This document shows, piece by piece, positions 1-8,483 of a stretch of DNA of 64,000 nucleotides. A model generated the notes under the pieces. It was not told where the DNA came from, searched no databases, and saw only the letters and a list, made by a program, of their open reading frames with translations. The stretch covers positions 320,001 to 384,000 of the forward strand of contig CAXXVL010000001.1 in NCBI GenBank assembly GCA_963667845.2. Direction: 5' to 3'. Numbering within the stretch: position 1 is the stretch's first letter; each line of letters begins with the position of its first letter. Both the position numbers and the translations under genes were made by a program. Source of the DNA: Smithellaceae bacterium (lineage in GTDB: Bacteria; Desulfobacterota; Syntrophia; Syntrophales; Smithellaceae).

Positions 1-2
1 GA

Positions 3-371
3 CTCAGTCCCGTTGCCCGAATTCTTCTGGGAGCCGTTGCGGCAATATTGGGTCTGATCATGGTGGGCACGGCTTCCGGAACTGCGGATCCCTTTTTCGC
101 CACGATGATCGGGGCATTCTGCTTCGCCGTCACACTGGCGTGCGCCACGTGGGGAAGGGTCCGGCAATTTGTGGGAAGCTTCATTGGCGTCGCTCTTTTT
201 GGCTTGTCTGTGCTTTATCTATGGTCGCAGGTGACCGGTGGACCGCTGTTCCGGGGCAGCCGGAGCGACCCCTCAATTCTCACCGCCGTTTTGTTTGTTA
301 TCTTCCTCGGTGTCCCGGGGATTACGTATGCGGCTTTGGCAAGATTCGGTCTCTCCAAGAAGAAGCCATAA
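3..371 (+). CDS. Hypothetical membrane protein (5' partial; frame open to the window edge)
   Basis: Frame open from position 3 (LSPVARILLGAVAAILGL...) to TAA at 369-371; about 4 hydrophobic segments. Confidence 0.6.
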   Translation, partial: LSPVARILLGAVAAILGLIMVGTASGTADPFFATMIGAFCFAVTLACATWGRVRQFVGSFIGVALFGLSVLYLWSQVTGGPLFRGSRSDPSILTAVLFVIFLGVPGITYAALARFGLSKKKP

Positions 372-578
372 CGTGTCGCCGCGACAGCTCCGCCGACGCG
401 TGCGTCAGTTCAAACTCAGGGAGGTATGCATATGAGATATTCAAAAACAATCATCCCGGTTAAGTCTGCAAAAGGCAGCAGACGCCGACGATCCGGGCGG
501 GCGCCAATTTCCCCATCGGAAAAGTGAAATAAGGTTAAAACCTCACAGGGCGATTTTTTGAGCAGGATTGATGCGGCA

Positions 579-1217
579 ATGGACAAAACAGATCCGATAC
601 GAATTGAATTGATTCCGAATGACCAAAAGGTCGTCGAATCGCTGGGCTTACAGCCGGCGATTTTCGGGGCATTGCTGGTTATCGTCGCCTCAGTCTTTCC
701 GCTCGTGGATTCTCATGCCCGGGGCGATATCGAAAACGCGGTTCTTGCCGTAACGGGCATTATCGGCCTCGGCCTTCTGTATTATGAGACGCGGCGGCGG
801 ATGAATAAGGCAGTGCTGGTCCGCGCAGGCGATGTCATTGCCCTTTTCCGCGGCCGAAAGCTGATCCGGACATGCCGGCCGGAAGAGATCAAAAACCATC
901 ACATGCCGCTGGCAACTTTTTTGACCGTCTTCATTCCCATCTTATTATTCGCTGTCGGCTTTTTTTTGTTTGCGATGATCGACACCCTGGAGCCGGGATA
1001 CCGTATGCTCAATGCCATGGCTTGTCTGGCCATGCTGGCGTCCGGCGCTTCCTTCTTTTGGACGCGCTTTTTTTGTGACGCACTTCTTTTGCCCGCAAGG
1101 AAGAAGCAGTTCTTTCTGGATACCGTTCTGATCCGGCCTTTTCAAAGGAAGATTCTCTTTGGGGATGCTGGGGAGAGAAAAGGATTGATCGACTTTATCG
1201 TGAATCGGTTGCTGTGA
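579..1217 (+). CDS. Hypothetical membrane protein
   Basis: ORF with 4 predicted TM segments; start uncertain (TTG 558 or ATG 579). Confidence 0.6.
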   Translation: MDKTDPIRIELIPNDQKVVESLGLQPAIFGALLVIVASVFPLVDSHARGDIENAVLAVTGIIGLGLLYYETRRRMNKAVLVRAGDVIALFRGRKLIRTCRPEEIKNHHMPLATFLTVFIPILLFAVGFFLFAMIDTLEPGYRMLNAMACLAMLASGASFFWTRFFCDALLLPARKKQFFLDTVLIRPFQRKILFGDAGERKGLIDFIVNRLL

Positions 1218-1285
1218 TTTGGCATGATGAAGCGCCGCTATTAATCGTCGCATATTTGTCTTCATATTTTTGCAATTCCGACGCA

Positions 1286-1411
1286 GAGACTGTGTCTTAA
1301 TGTCATTGCGAGGCGACGCTAAGGAGCCGTGGCAATCTAACCGCCTGAGATTACCACGACGCCTGAGAGGCGTCTCGTAATGACGAAAGAGCATTGTTGC
1401 GACACAGTCTC
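1286..1411. mobile_element. 126-bp MITE with 11-bp terminal inverted repeats carrying an internal REP-like palindrome
   Basis: GAGACTGTGTC (1286-1296) / GACACAGTCTC (1401-1411); flanked by GCA at 1283-1285 and 1412-1414; internal GTCATTGCGAG (1302-1312) ... CTCGTAATGAC (1374-1384). Confidence 0.7.
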
Positions 1412-1503
1412 GCAGGCCGGAATCCGGACATTATTTAGGCTGGTTCCCGGCCTGCGCCGGGAAGACGACTTAAATGGCAAGGGCTCAGTTGCGAATACTA
1501 TTT

Positions 1504-1631
1504 TGAGATCGTTAATAAGTCTCAGTGCGCTACGCTTCTGAATAAGGTGTCACTGATCCCTACTCGCTTCGCTCGCGGGATAATTCGACTTGCGAATTTC
1601 AGTTCACTGCGTTCCTGAAGTTCGCGTCTCA
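1504..1631. repeat. Cluster of three REP-like hairpins overlapping the 3' end of the dus gene
   Basis: TCAG-tgcgctacgctt-CTGA; ATCCC-tactcgcttcgctcgc-GGGAT; GCGAATTTCAG-ttcactgcgttc-CTGAAGTTCGC. Confidence 0.5.
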
Positions 1632-2563
1632 TTAAATATCTCATTGACCACAGCGACGTAATGATCCCGCTGATGTGTTTTGTTGATTTTCTTTCGGACC
1701 TTATCACTCGCTTCAAAAAAGTTTGCCATATAGGTCCAGACTTCTTTCATCTTGTTGGTGATGTGGGCGGGTCCGTGCAGCATTTTCGAATACTCGGCAA
1801 AGAGATGATCGTGAAAGGCCTTCATGATTTTTATTTTTTCGGAAAAGGGCTTCACCTCATTGGTTTTTATTTCTTCCGCCAGAAAGGGGTTTCCGATGAG
1901 GCCCCGGCCGATCATCCAGCGGTCGACCGATCCGAACCTTTTGGAAAGCATTGCCAGTCTTCCTGCGGAAGTGATGTCTCCGTTATAGACAACCCTGTGT
2001 GCGGCGAGCTTCAGGCACTGCTCGAACATATCGAGGTCCACGTCGCCTTCATACATCTGCATGCCCGTCCGCGGATGGATGATCAGTTCTGCAAGCGCGT
2101 ACTTGTTGAAAATAGGCATGAGCTCAAGTACATCGTCGGGATATTTCAGTCCTATCCGGAGTTTGATCGATAATTTTGGCTTCAATGCCGGCATGGCTTT
2201 TTCCAGGAAGGACTCGACCCTGTACGGGTAGCACAGAATACCGGCGCCGCGACCTTTCCTGACGACCATGCGAAAAGGGCAGCCGATATTCCAGTTCACG
2301 GTGGCGTAGCCGATGTCGAACAGCCGGTTGGCCAGCATGACAAAGTCGTCCGGATCGGAGCCCAGGATCTGCGGGATCGTCGGCAGGCCGGTATTACGCT
2401 CCCGCGCAAAGTCGCGAAGCAGGCGATTGTCCGGTTTCATCTTCTTCGACGAAGAGACGAACGGCGCAATGGCCAGATCAACGCCTTTGAAGTAAAGCGG
2501 AAACAGGTTGCGGTAAATCCTGTCGGTTGTCCCCTGGAGGGGAGCAAGGTAGATGATGGGCAT
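1604..2563 (-). CDS. dus: tRNA-dihydrouridine synthase (Dus family)
   Basis: LAPLQG, PQILGSDP, NWNIGCP...GRGAG, IIHPRT, YNGDI, MIGRG motifs. Confidence 0.9.
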   Translation of the reverse strand: MPIIYLAPLQGTTDRIYRNLFPLYFKGVDLAIAPFVSSSKKMKPDNRLLRDFARERNTGLPTIPQILGSDPDDFVMLANRLFDIGYATVNWNIGCPFRMVVRKGRGAGILCYPYRVESFLEKAMPALKPKLSIKLRIGLKYPDDVLELMPIFNKYALAELIIHPRTGMQMYEGDVDLDMFEQCLKLAAHRVVYNGDITSAGRLAMLSKRFGSVDRWMIGRGLIGNPFLAEEIKTNEVKPFSEKIKIMKAFHDHLFAEYSKMLHGPAHITNKMKEVWTYMANFFEASDKVRKKINKTHQRDHYVAVVNEIFNETRTSGTQ

Positions 2564-2768
2564 TTATAATTCCTCTGGGGTTATGGTCATCACAGGCACT
2601 GCTTCTTTCCCGATCGCGGCCGGTTTGTCAAGGTGAACTTTGCCGCCTTCATCAACAGGGAGAAACATTGCTTTTTCCATGCTTGACTGTCGCCCGGGCA
2701 TATACTAACCTTCAGGCCGTAAACGAAGCCCAAAAAAATAGGAACGAACATCGATTCAGGAGGTCGCC

Positions 2769-3743
2769 ATGGTGAAGTATGCAACTTTCAAGTTAGCCGC
2801 TATCCAGGCTGCTCCAGTCTTTTTTGATCTTGCGGCCTCCACGCGCAAGGCCTGTCGTCTCATTGCGGAAGCGGGAAAGAAGGGAGCGACCCTTGCAGCC
2901 TTCAGCGAAACATGGCTGCCCGGGTATCCTTTTTTCGTCTGGGGGGCAAGCCGTGACAGGCAATTGCCCTGGAAGGCGGCGGCGGATTACCTGGCCAACG
3001 CCGTGGATGTCCCCGGACCCGTCACGGACGAGTTATGCGAGGCCGCGCGCCTCGCTCAGCTTGATGTGGTGATCGGTGTCGTCGAACGCGATTCGGTTAC
3101 CCGGGGCACCGTTTACTGCACGCTCCTGTTTATCGGCCGTGAAGGGAAAATCCTGGGCCGGCACCGCAAACTCAAACCCACGCACCGGGAGCGCACCGTC
3201 TGGGGCGAAGGCGACGCCGTGGGCCTGACCGTCTATGAACGGCCGTATGGAAGGATCAGCGGCCTCAACTGCTGGGAGCATAACATGGTGCTGCCGGGCT
3301 ATGTGCTGATGTCGCAGGGCACCCAGATTCATGTTGCGGCCTGGCCGGGTGCGGAGCCCAAAGCGCCTGTCTCTCCCGATCCCATGTGGTCCCGCCAGCT
3401 TTTGCTCTCCCGGGCTTTTGCTTCGCAGGCGGCAGCTTATGTCATCCTGGCCGGAGGCATGCTTTCTGCAAACGATGTGCCTGCTGAATATCAGGAGCTC
3501 GCCTCGCGATACCGGGGCGACAGCTTTATTATCGATCCGCGCGGCGAAGTCATCGCCGGGCCGGCAGAAGGGGAGTCGATCCTTCTGGCGGATGGGTCCA
3601 TGGAAAATGTCCTTGCGGCGAAGTCGGCGTTCGATATCTGCGGCCACTATGCACGGCCGGATATTTTTCAACTGCGGATCAACCGGAAACCCTATCAGAA
3701 GGTTGTGGAAACAATCGGGCCGGATCCTGATGCCCCGGCGTGA
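2769..3743 (+). CDS. Nitrilase (carbon-nitrogen hydrolase family)
   Basis: Glu-Lys-Cys triad motifs FSETWLPGYP, HRKLKPT, LNCWEH; AGGAGG RBS; C-terminal GHYARPD. Confidence 0.9.
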   Translation: MVKYATFKLAAIQAAPVFFDLAASTRKACRLIAEAGKKGATLAAFSETWLPGYPFFVWGASRDRQLPWKAAADYLANAVDVPGPVTDELCEAARLAQLDVVIGVVERDSVTRGTVYCTLLFIGREGKILGRHRKLKPTHRERTVWGEGDAVGLTVYERPYGRISGLNCWEHNMVLPGYVLMSQGTQIHVAAWPGAEPKAPVSPDPMWSRQLLLSRAFASQAAAYVILAGGMLSANDVPAEYQELASRYRGDSFIIDPRGEVIAGPAEGESILLADGSMENVLAAKSAFDICGHYARPDIFQLRINRKPYQKVVETIGPDPDAPA

Positions 3744-3812
3744 ATTCAGGGGATGTCCGGGCTGGGAAGATGAACGGTTCAGCGAAATCTGAGAATCAAT
3801 AGGGAGGAAATA

Positions 3813-4262
3813 ATGAACACATTAAGTCTGTTGGATTACAGTCAATTTTTACGGCACAAATACCTCGATGCTTTAAGCAAACTGCCCTGGGAGGAAGTTG
3901 TGAAAGATCGCGGCGCCAGCTTTGCCTCCCTGAGAGACATCTTCCTGCATATGGTTTTTGTTGCGGACGCCTATATCAATTACGCACTGCAGGGCAACCG
4001 CAATTATCCGAACGTCAACTACAACGAATACGACAGCATTGAAAAAATAACAAAATACCTCGACGACGTGGAAGCGAGAGCCAAGGCCAATCTGGACAAA
4101 CTGACGCCGGAACTCCTGGCCAAAAATGAAATCGTTCTTCTTGATTTTTTCCAGGAAGAAACGCACCACCGCGGAGAGCTGATCGCGCTTCTGTGGCAAA
4201 TGGATATCGAACCGCCGCATACCGGGTTTCTTCAGTACAAGCGTTCGCAGAAGAAGACATAG
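3813..4262 (+). CDS. DinB/YfiT-like four-helix bundle protein
   Basis: SLRDIFLHM and ETHHRGEL metal-binding His motifs; GGAGG RBS. Confidence 0.8.
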   Translation: MNTLSLLDYSQFLRHKYLDALSKLPWEEVVKDRGASFASLRDIFLHMVFVADAYINYALQGNRNYPNVNYNEYDSIEKITKYLDDVEARAKANLDKLTPELLAKNEIVLLDFFQEETHHRGELIALLWQMDIEPPHTGFLQYKRSQKKT

Positions 4263-4390
4263 AAAGTTCTATCCGGAAATTGCGCCGGAGGCCCCACGAA
4301 AGACGATGCCGGGACTTTATCCCAAGCGGAATTTGCCAGGGAGGATAATGGCTCCGCCGGTCTATCGATAGTTTTTAAAAAGGATGAATC

Positions 4391-5197
4391 ATGTTTCATT
4401 GGCTTGCCGATCGCCGGCGGAAAAAAATCAACCGAGCGCCGTTTCCTGACGCGTGGGAAGAGATCGTGCGCAAAAATGTCGCCCATTACTGCCAGCTTTC
4501 CGATGCCGAGCGGGCGATGCTGCGGGCGTTCATCCAGGTATTCATCGCTGAAAAGGACTGGGAAGGCGCCGGCGGGCTTGAACTCACCGATGAGATCCGC
4601 GTAACGATTGCCGCGCAGGCTTGCCTGCTTCTTCTGGGGTTGCCCCACAACTATTATCAGAATGTTGAAACCATCATCGTCTATCCCTCAACCGTTGTTC
4701 CCCCCGAGCGCAAACTTGGCTTCTTTGAAAACGCAACGGGACCGATGGAGCTTAGCCATCCGATTATCGGACAGGCTTTCCATCAGGGGCCGGTCATCAT
4801 CATCTGGGATGCGGCGCTTGCGGGCGGCCGTCATCCGGAGTCCGGCCACAACGTCATCTATCACGAGTTCGCCCACAAACTGGATATGCTCGACGGCGCG
4901 GCGGACGGCACGCCGCCGCTTCGGGACCGCGCGGAGTACCGCGACTGGGTCCGGACGTGCGAGACCGAATATCTGAGGCTCAAGCACGATGCCGAACACG
5001 GCAGAAAATCATTCCTCAATGCCTACGGGGCGACAAATGAAGCGGAATTTTTCGCCGTAGCCACCGAACAGTTTTTTGATCAGCCCCATTTGATGATCAG
5101 GCATGCGCCCGAACTGTATCGTGTGCTCAAGGAATATTACCGGCAGGATCCGGTGTCCCGGCTGGGGAAGAATCACTGCGATACGGTCAGTGTATAA
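4391..5197 (+). CDS. Zinc-dependent peptidase, M90/MtfA family
   Basis: IAAQACLLLLG, HEFAHKLD zinc motif, YGATNEAEFFAVATEQFF. Confidence 0.9.
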   Translation: MFHWLADRRRKKINRAPFPDAWEEIVRKNVAHYCQLSDAERAMLRAFIQVFIAEKDWEGAGGLELTDEIRVTIAAQACLLLLGLPHNYYQNVETIIVYPSTVVPPERKLGFFENATGPMELSHPIIGQAFHQGPVIIIWDAALAGGRHPESGHNVIYHEFAHKLDMLDGAADGTPPLRDRAEYRDWVRTCETEYLRLKHDAEHGRKSFLNAYGATNEAEFFAVATEQFFDQPHLMIRHAPELYRVLKEYYRQDPVSRLGKNHCDTVSV

Positions 5198-5241
5198 AAT
5201 GAAAAGCAAGTGAAAGCTTCTGCTTTCCGGGAGGAGGGAAG

Positions 5242-5889
5242 ATGAGTATAACGATTCGGAATGCCCGGGCGGACGATGCGCCGTTTTTAGCCACCGTGAT
5301 GTTGATGGCCTCGCGCTCCCAGCTTCCGCGCGGCTTATGGGATCAGTTCGTAAACGGGACCCAGGAGCAATGCCTGTCGTTCTTACGGAAACTTGCCGTC
5401 ACGAAAATCCCGCATCTTTTCCACCACGATGTTTTTCTGATTGCCGAAAAAGACGGCAAGGCCGCCGCCGGCTTGAGCGGCTACGATCCGGTGACCGAGG
5501 GCATGTCCCGTTTTGTTCAAGCCCTCCCCGAGGCGCTAGAACCGCTCGGCTGGAGCCGGTCTGAACTCAAAGCGGCATCTGAGCGCATGTCCTCTTATGA
5601 GCGCTGCATGCCCGCAGAGATTCCCGGCGTCTGGGTTGTGGAGAGTGTGGCAGCGCTGCCTGCCGCCAGGAAGGAAGGCCTGGTGAGTCTTCTGATCGCG
5701 GAGATTCTCGCCCGCGGGAAGGCCAAAGGTTACGGCAAGGCCCAAATCAGCATCTTCATCGGCAATACGCCGGCCCGCAGGGCTTATGAAAAAGCCGGCT
5801 TTCATTATGCCGATGAGAAGCGCGATTCGAAATTTGAGATGACCTACGGCGATTATGGAATCGCCCGTCTGATGATGGATCTTCAGTGA
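5242..5889 (+). CDS. GNAT family N-acetyltransferase
   Basis: IRNARADD N-terminus; acetyl-CoA motif region; GNTPARRAYEKAGF. Confidence 0.85.
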   Translation: MSITIRNARADDAPFLATVMLMASRSQLPRGLWDQFVNGTQEQCLSFLRKLAVTKIPHLFHHDVFLIAEKDGKAAAGLSGYDPVTEGMSRFVQALPEALEPLGWSRSELKAASERMSSYERCMPAEIPGVWVVESVAALPAARKEGLVSLLIAEILARGKAKGYGKAQISIFIGNTPARRAYEKAGFHYADEKRDSKFEMTYGDYGIARLMMDLQ

Positions 5890-6332
5890 AAGGGAAGTTC
5901 AGGATGCCAAGCGATCTTGCCGGATATCCCGTTGTGGTCGAACAGAGCGTCACCTGGGGCGACATGGACCAAAACGGCCATGTGAACAATGTCGAATATT
6001 TCCGCTACATGGAAAACGCCCGCGTCGAATACTACCGGCGGATCGGCAAATTCGAATTGGAACGCGAGACCGGCATTACCCTCGTTTTGAAATCCACCAC
6101 CTGCAATTATGTTGCGCCGCTTGCCTATCCCGACAGGATTGCCGTCGGTGCCCGGGTGAAAGAAATCGGCGCCCGCCAGGTGATCATGACGTATCTCGTT
6201 GTTGATACTCAGCGAAACCGAGTGGCGGCGCTAGGCGAGGCAACCATCGTTGCTCTGAAGGTGGCGGATAAGACCAAGGTGCCCATCCCGAATATATTGA
6301 AACGCCGTATCCGGGATCTTGAGGGTAACTGA
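5886..6332 (+). CDS. Acyl-CoA thioesterase (4HBT/YbgC hot-dog fold)
   Basis: WGDMDQNGHVNNVEYFRYMENAR motif; overlaps the GNAT stop (GTGA). Confidence 0.9.
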   Translation: MKGKFRMPSDLAGYPVVVEQSVTWGDMDQNGHVNNVEYFRYMENARVEYYRRIGKFELERETGITLVLKSTTCNYVAPLAYPDRIAVGARVKEIGARQVIMTYLVVDTQRNRVAALGEATIVALKVADKTKVPIPNILKRRIRDLEGN

Positions 6333-6394
6333 GTTCAAAATCACGGATTAAGTTTTGGCGTATTACGGGAAGGCAAGATCATTGATTGCGAACC

Positions 6395-6494
6395 TTTAAG
6401 CCAGTTCACACGGGACGAGTGTTAATTCTCCGTAGCCTGCTGCGAAATAACGGCGTTCATTTCATACGTCGACAGCGTGTTGCGAGATTGTTGA
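6395..6494 (-). repeat. ~100-bp dispersed tri-hairpin element, copy 1
   Basis: Reverse complement TCAACAATCTCGCAACACGCTGTCGACGTATGAAATGAACGCCGTTATTTCGCAGCAGGCTACGGAGAATTAACACTCGTCCCGTGTGAACTGGCTTAAA matches copies at 19.3, 19.5, 24.8 and 28.2 kb. Confidence 0.8.
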
Positions 6495-6509
6495 TTCAGG
6501 GAGTCAGGA

Positions 6510-7331
6510 ATGAAGGATTACGGTATCCATCTCGAGCGGCCCGGACGCATCGCCGTCGTTACTTTCGACCGGCCGGAAAAACAAAATGCCTTTGACGGGC
6601 ACATGTGGGATTGTCTGGATCAGGTTGTCGGCGAACTTGCCGCTAATCTGCCGCGGGTGGTCATCCTGACCGGTCGCGGCGACAAGGCCTTCTCCGCCGG
6701 ATTCGATGTGAATCCGGAGAATCCGTTACTAACACCACTCATCGCCGCGATGGAAAACCGCGACAAGGCACCCGCTTATGACCTCATTCGCCGCATCAGA
6801 ACCAGCGTCGACCGTCTGGTTTCCCTGCCGGTCCCCGTCATCGCCGCCATTAACGGACTGGCTTACGGGGGCGGCGCGGAGATTGCCTCGCGCTGTGACA
6901 TGCGTGTCCTGGATCCGGGCGCCGTCATCTGCTTCTCCGAGGCGCGCCTGGGACTCATGCCGGACCACGGCGGCTTGGTCGGGCTCACGCGCCTTATCGG
7001 TGCGTCGCGGGCCTGCGACCTCATCCTCACCGCACGCAAAGTGAGCGCCCAAGAGGCTTTTGGGCTCGGCTTCGCCAACCGCGTCAGTGCGCCGGGCAAA
7101 GCGCTCGACGAGGCTCTGTCCCTGGCCCGGGCCATCGCCCAAAACGGCCCTCGTGCCGTCCGCCATGCCTTGTCCGTCATCAGGAAAATTGACGACCTGA
7201 CAACGCGAGAAGCTCTGGAGATGGAGACCCAAGAAGCGGTCAGTCTCATTGCCAGCGGTGAGAGCATCCATGGGGTTTCCGCTTTTCTCACTAGGCAGAC
7301 ACCCGAGTTCCCGGAGCCCGAAGATTCCTGA
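6510..7331 (+). CDS. Enoyl-CoA hydratase/isomerase family protein
   Basis: DRPEKQNA, AFSAGFD, IAAINGLAYGGGAE, FSEARLGLMP. Confidence 0.9.
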   Translation: MKDYGIHLERPGRIAVVTFDRPEKQNAFDGHMWDCLDQVVGELAANLPRVVILTGRGDKAFSAGFDVNPENPLLTPLIAAMENRDKAPAYDLIRRIRTSVDRLVSLPVPVIAAINGLAYGGGAEIASRCDMRVLDPGAVICFSEARLGLMPDHGGLVGLTRLIGASRACDLILTARKVSAQEAFGLGFANRVSAPGKALDEALSLARAIAQNGPRAVRHALSVIRKIDDLTTREALEMETQEAVSLIASGESIHGVSAFLTRQTPEFPEPEDS

Positions 7332-7474
7332 GTGCGGCGGCGGATTTATTGCAGGACCGCTCAGCGTCAGATCGGTGTTGCCGAAACGAAACGGGATGCG
7401 ATTGTCGCTTTGCTAAACAGTCATCGGGGTCAACCAGCCCTGATGATGCAATAACCAGAAAGGAGGAAAAGACA

Positions 7475-8182
7475 ATGGGGGAAGCAACTCTTTTGGACAA
7501 TGCCTTTCATGTGATCATGAAGCGCATGGTGGAAACGGGACAGGCGCCGTTCTATACCGAACTGGCGCAGGACCTCGGCCTTTCCGTGGAGGAGGGAAGA
7601 AAAGCGCTCCATGATCTCTTTGCGGCCGGTATTGCGGGCTGGCTTTATCCGCAAACCGACCACATCGTCTCTTTTGCGCCGTTTAACAATCTTCCGACGC
7701 ATTACCGGATTACGGTGGACGGCCGGCAGAAATGGTTCGGCCAGTGAGGGTTTGAATCGCTGGCGGTCTGCTGGCTATTCCCCGGTAAAACGGTCCGCAT
7801 CGATTTTCCCTGCCTGGATTGCGGCGAGCCTCTCAGCGTCTCGATGCGCGACGGACAACTTCTCAACAGCGAAGCTGCGGGATTGACGGCTTACGTGGCC
7901 GTTCCCTTCTGGAAATGGTTTGAAAACATGGGACATGCCTGAAGCACGATGAATCTCTTCCGGTCGGAAGAGCATATTCGCAACTGGGCTTCGTTTGCCC
8001 CGGGCAGCGATGAAGGCATTACGCCGCTCCCGGACATGATCAAACTTTTTTCGGGGCCATATTTCCGTCGCCGCCTGGATCCTGATTACGTCTCGCACAT
8101 GTTTGAATACGCCGCAGAGATGATCCAGACCCTGAAGGAGATCGGCAAAACAGGACCTTTCTGGAAGCGCGCCAAACGGTGA
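7475..8182 (+). CDS. MerB (organomercurial lyase)-like protein, predicted double selenoprotein (Sec91, Sec156), 235 aa
   Basis: AGGAGG RBS (7461-7466) and ATG 7475. In-frame TGA at 7745-7747 (KWFGQ-U-GFESL) and 7940-7942 (MGHA-U-STMNLF) with no other stop until 8180-8182. N-terminal wHTH-like segment; CLDCGEP segment; each TGA followed by a SECIS-like hairpin. Confidence 0.8.
7748..7783 (+). promoter_or_regulatory. Putative bacterial SECIS element for UGA 7745
   Basis: 11 nt after UGA: GCTGGC-GGTCT-GCTGGC stem-loop (7759-7775, two G-U pairs), extended by GAAT/ATTC and GGG/CCC; same 11-nt spacing and GGUCU apex as the E. coli fdhF SECIS. Confidence 0.7.
7951..7979 (+). promoter_or_regulatory. 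Putative bacterial SECIS element for UGA 7940
   Basis: 12 nt after UGA: perfect CTCTTCC-GGTC-GGAAGAG stem-loop (7955-7972), extended by GAAT/ATTC. Confidence 0.7.
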
Positions 8183-8483
8183 GTCTTTCCGGCGACCGTG
8201 AGGCTGTCTTTCCTTTACATTGTGCGAGTAAGACGTCTCGATATCCCGCAGGGGAAAGCCGGTCGAGGTTCAATACACTGCTGCGACGGCGCGATGCGGG
8301 GCAAGCCTTTACTCGCGGTACATCCTGTGCTAGATGTTCTCTCCGTGAAAGCGGGATGGTTTTTCATTACCTGGCGATGAGCCCGAACGCTTCAGGAACT
8401 CACCCGGCGATGCTTGATTCCGGATTCCGCCAGGTGATGATGTGCCGGAATGACCAGATGATGGGACTGAAAGGAAAAAGATA

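Noticed and set aside
364..415. Integron attC site after the first gene (stop within CCATAAC followed by an imperfect palindrome)
   Set aside because: No matching GTTRRRY R' box, no second similar site and no integrase in the window.
7475..8182. Reading the MerB-like locus as a pseudogene or as separate short ORFs (7349-7747, 7949-8182)
   Set aside because: Both interruptions are TGA, in frame, at the catalytic Cys positions and followed by SECIS-like hairpins, with no frameshifts. The upstream extension from 7349 lacks an RBS, whereas 7475 has AGGAGG.
8180..8380. Third in-frame TGA (8180) as another selenocysteine, reading into ORF 8198-8380
   Set aside because: It follows a basic C-terminal tail at a normal MerB-like length, there is no GGUC-capped hairpin downstream, and the downstream peptide is not protein-like. 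Treated as the true stop.
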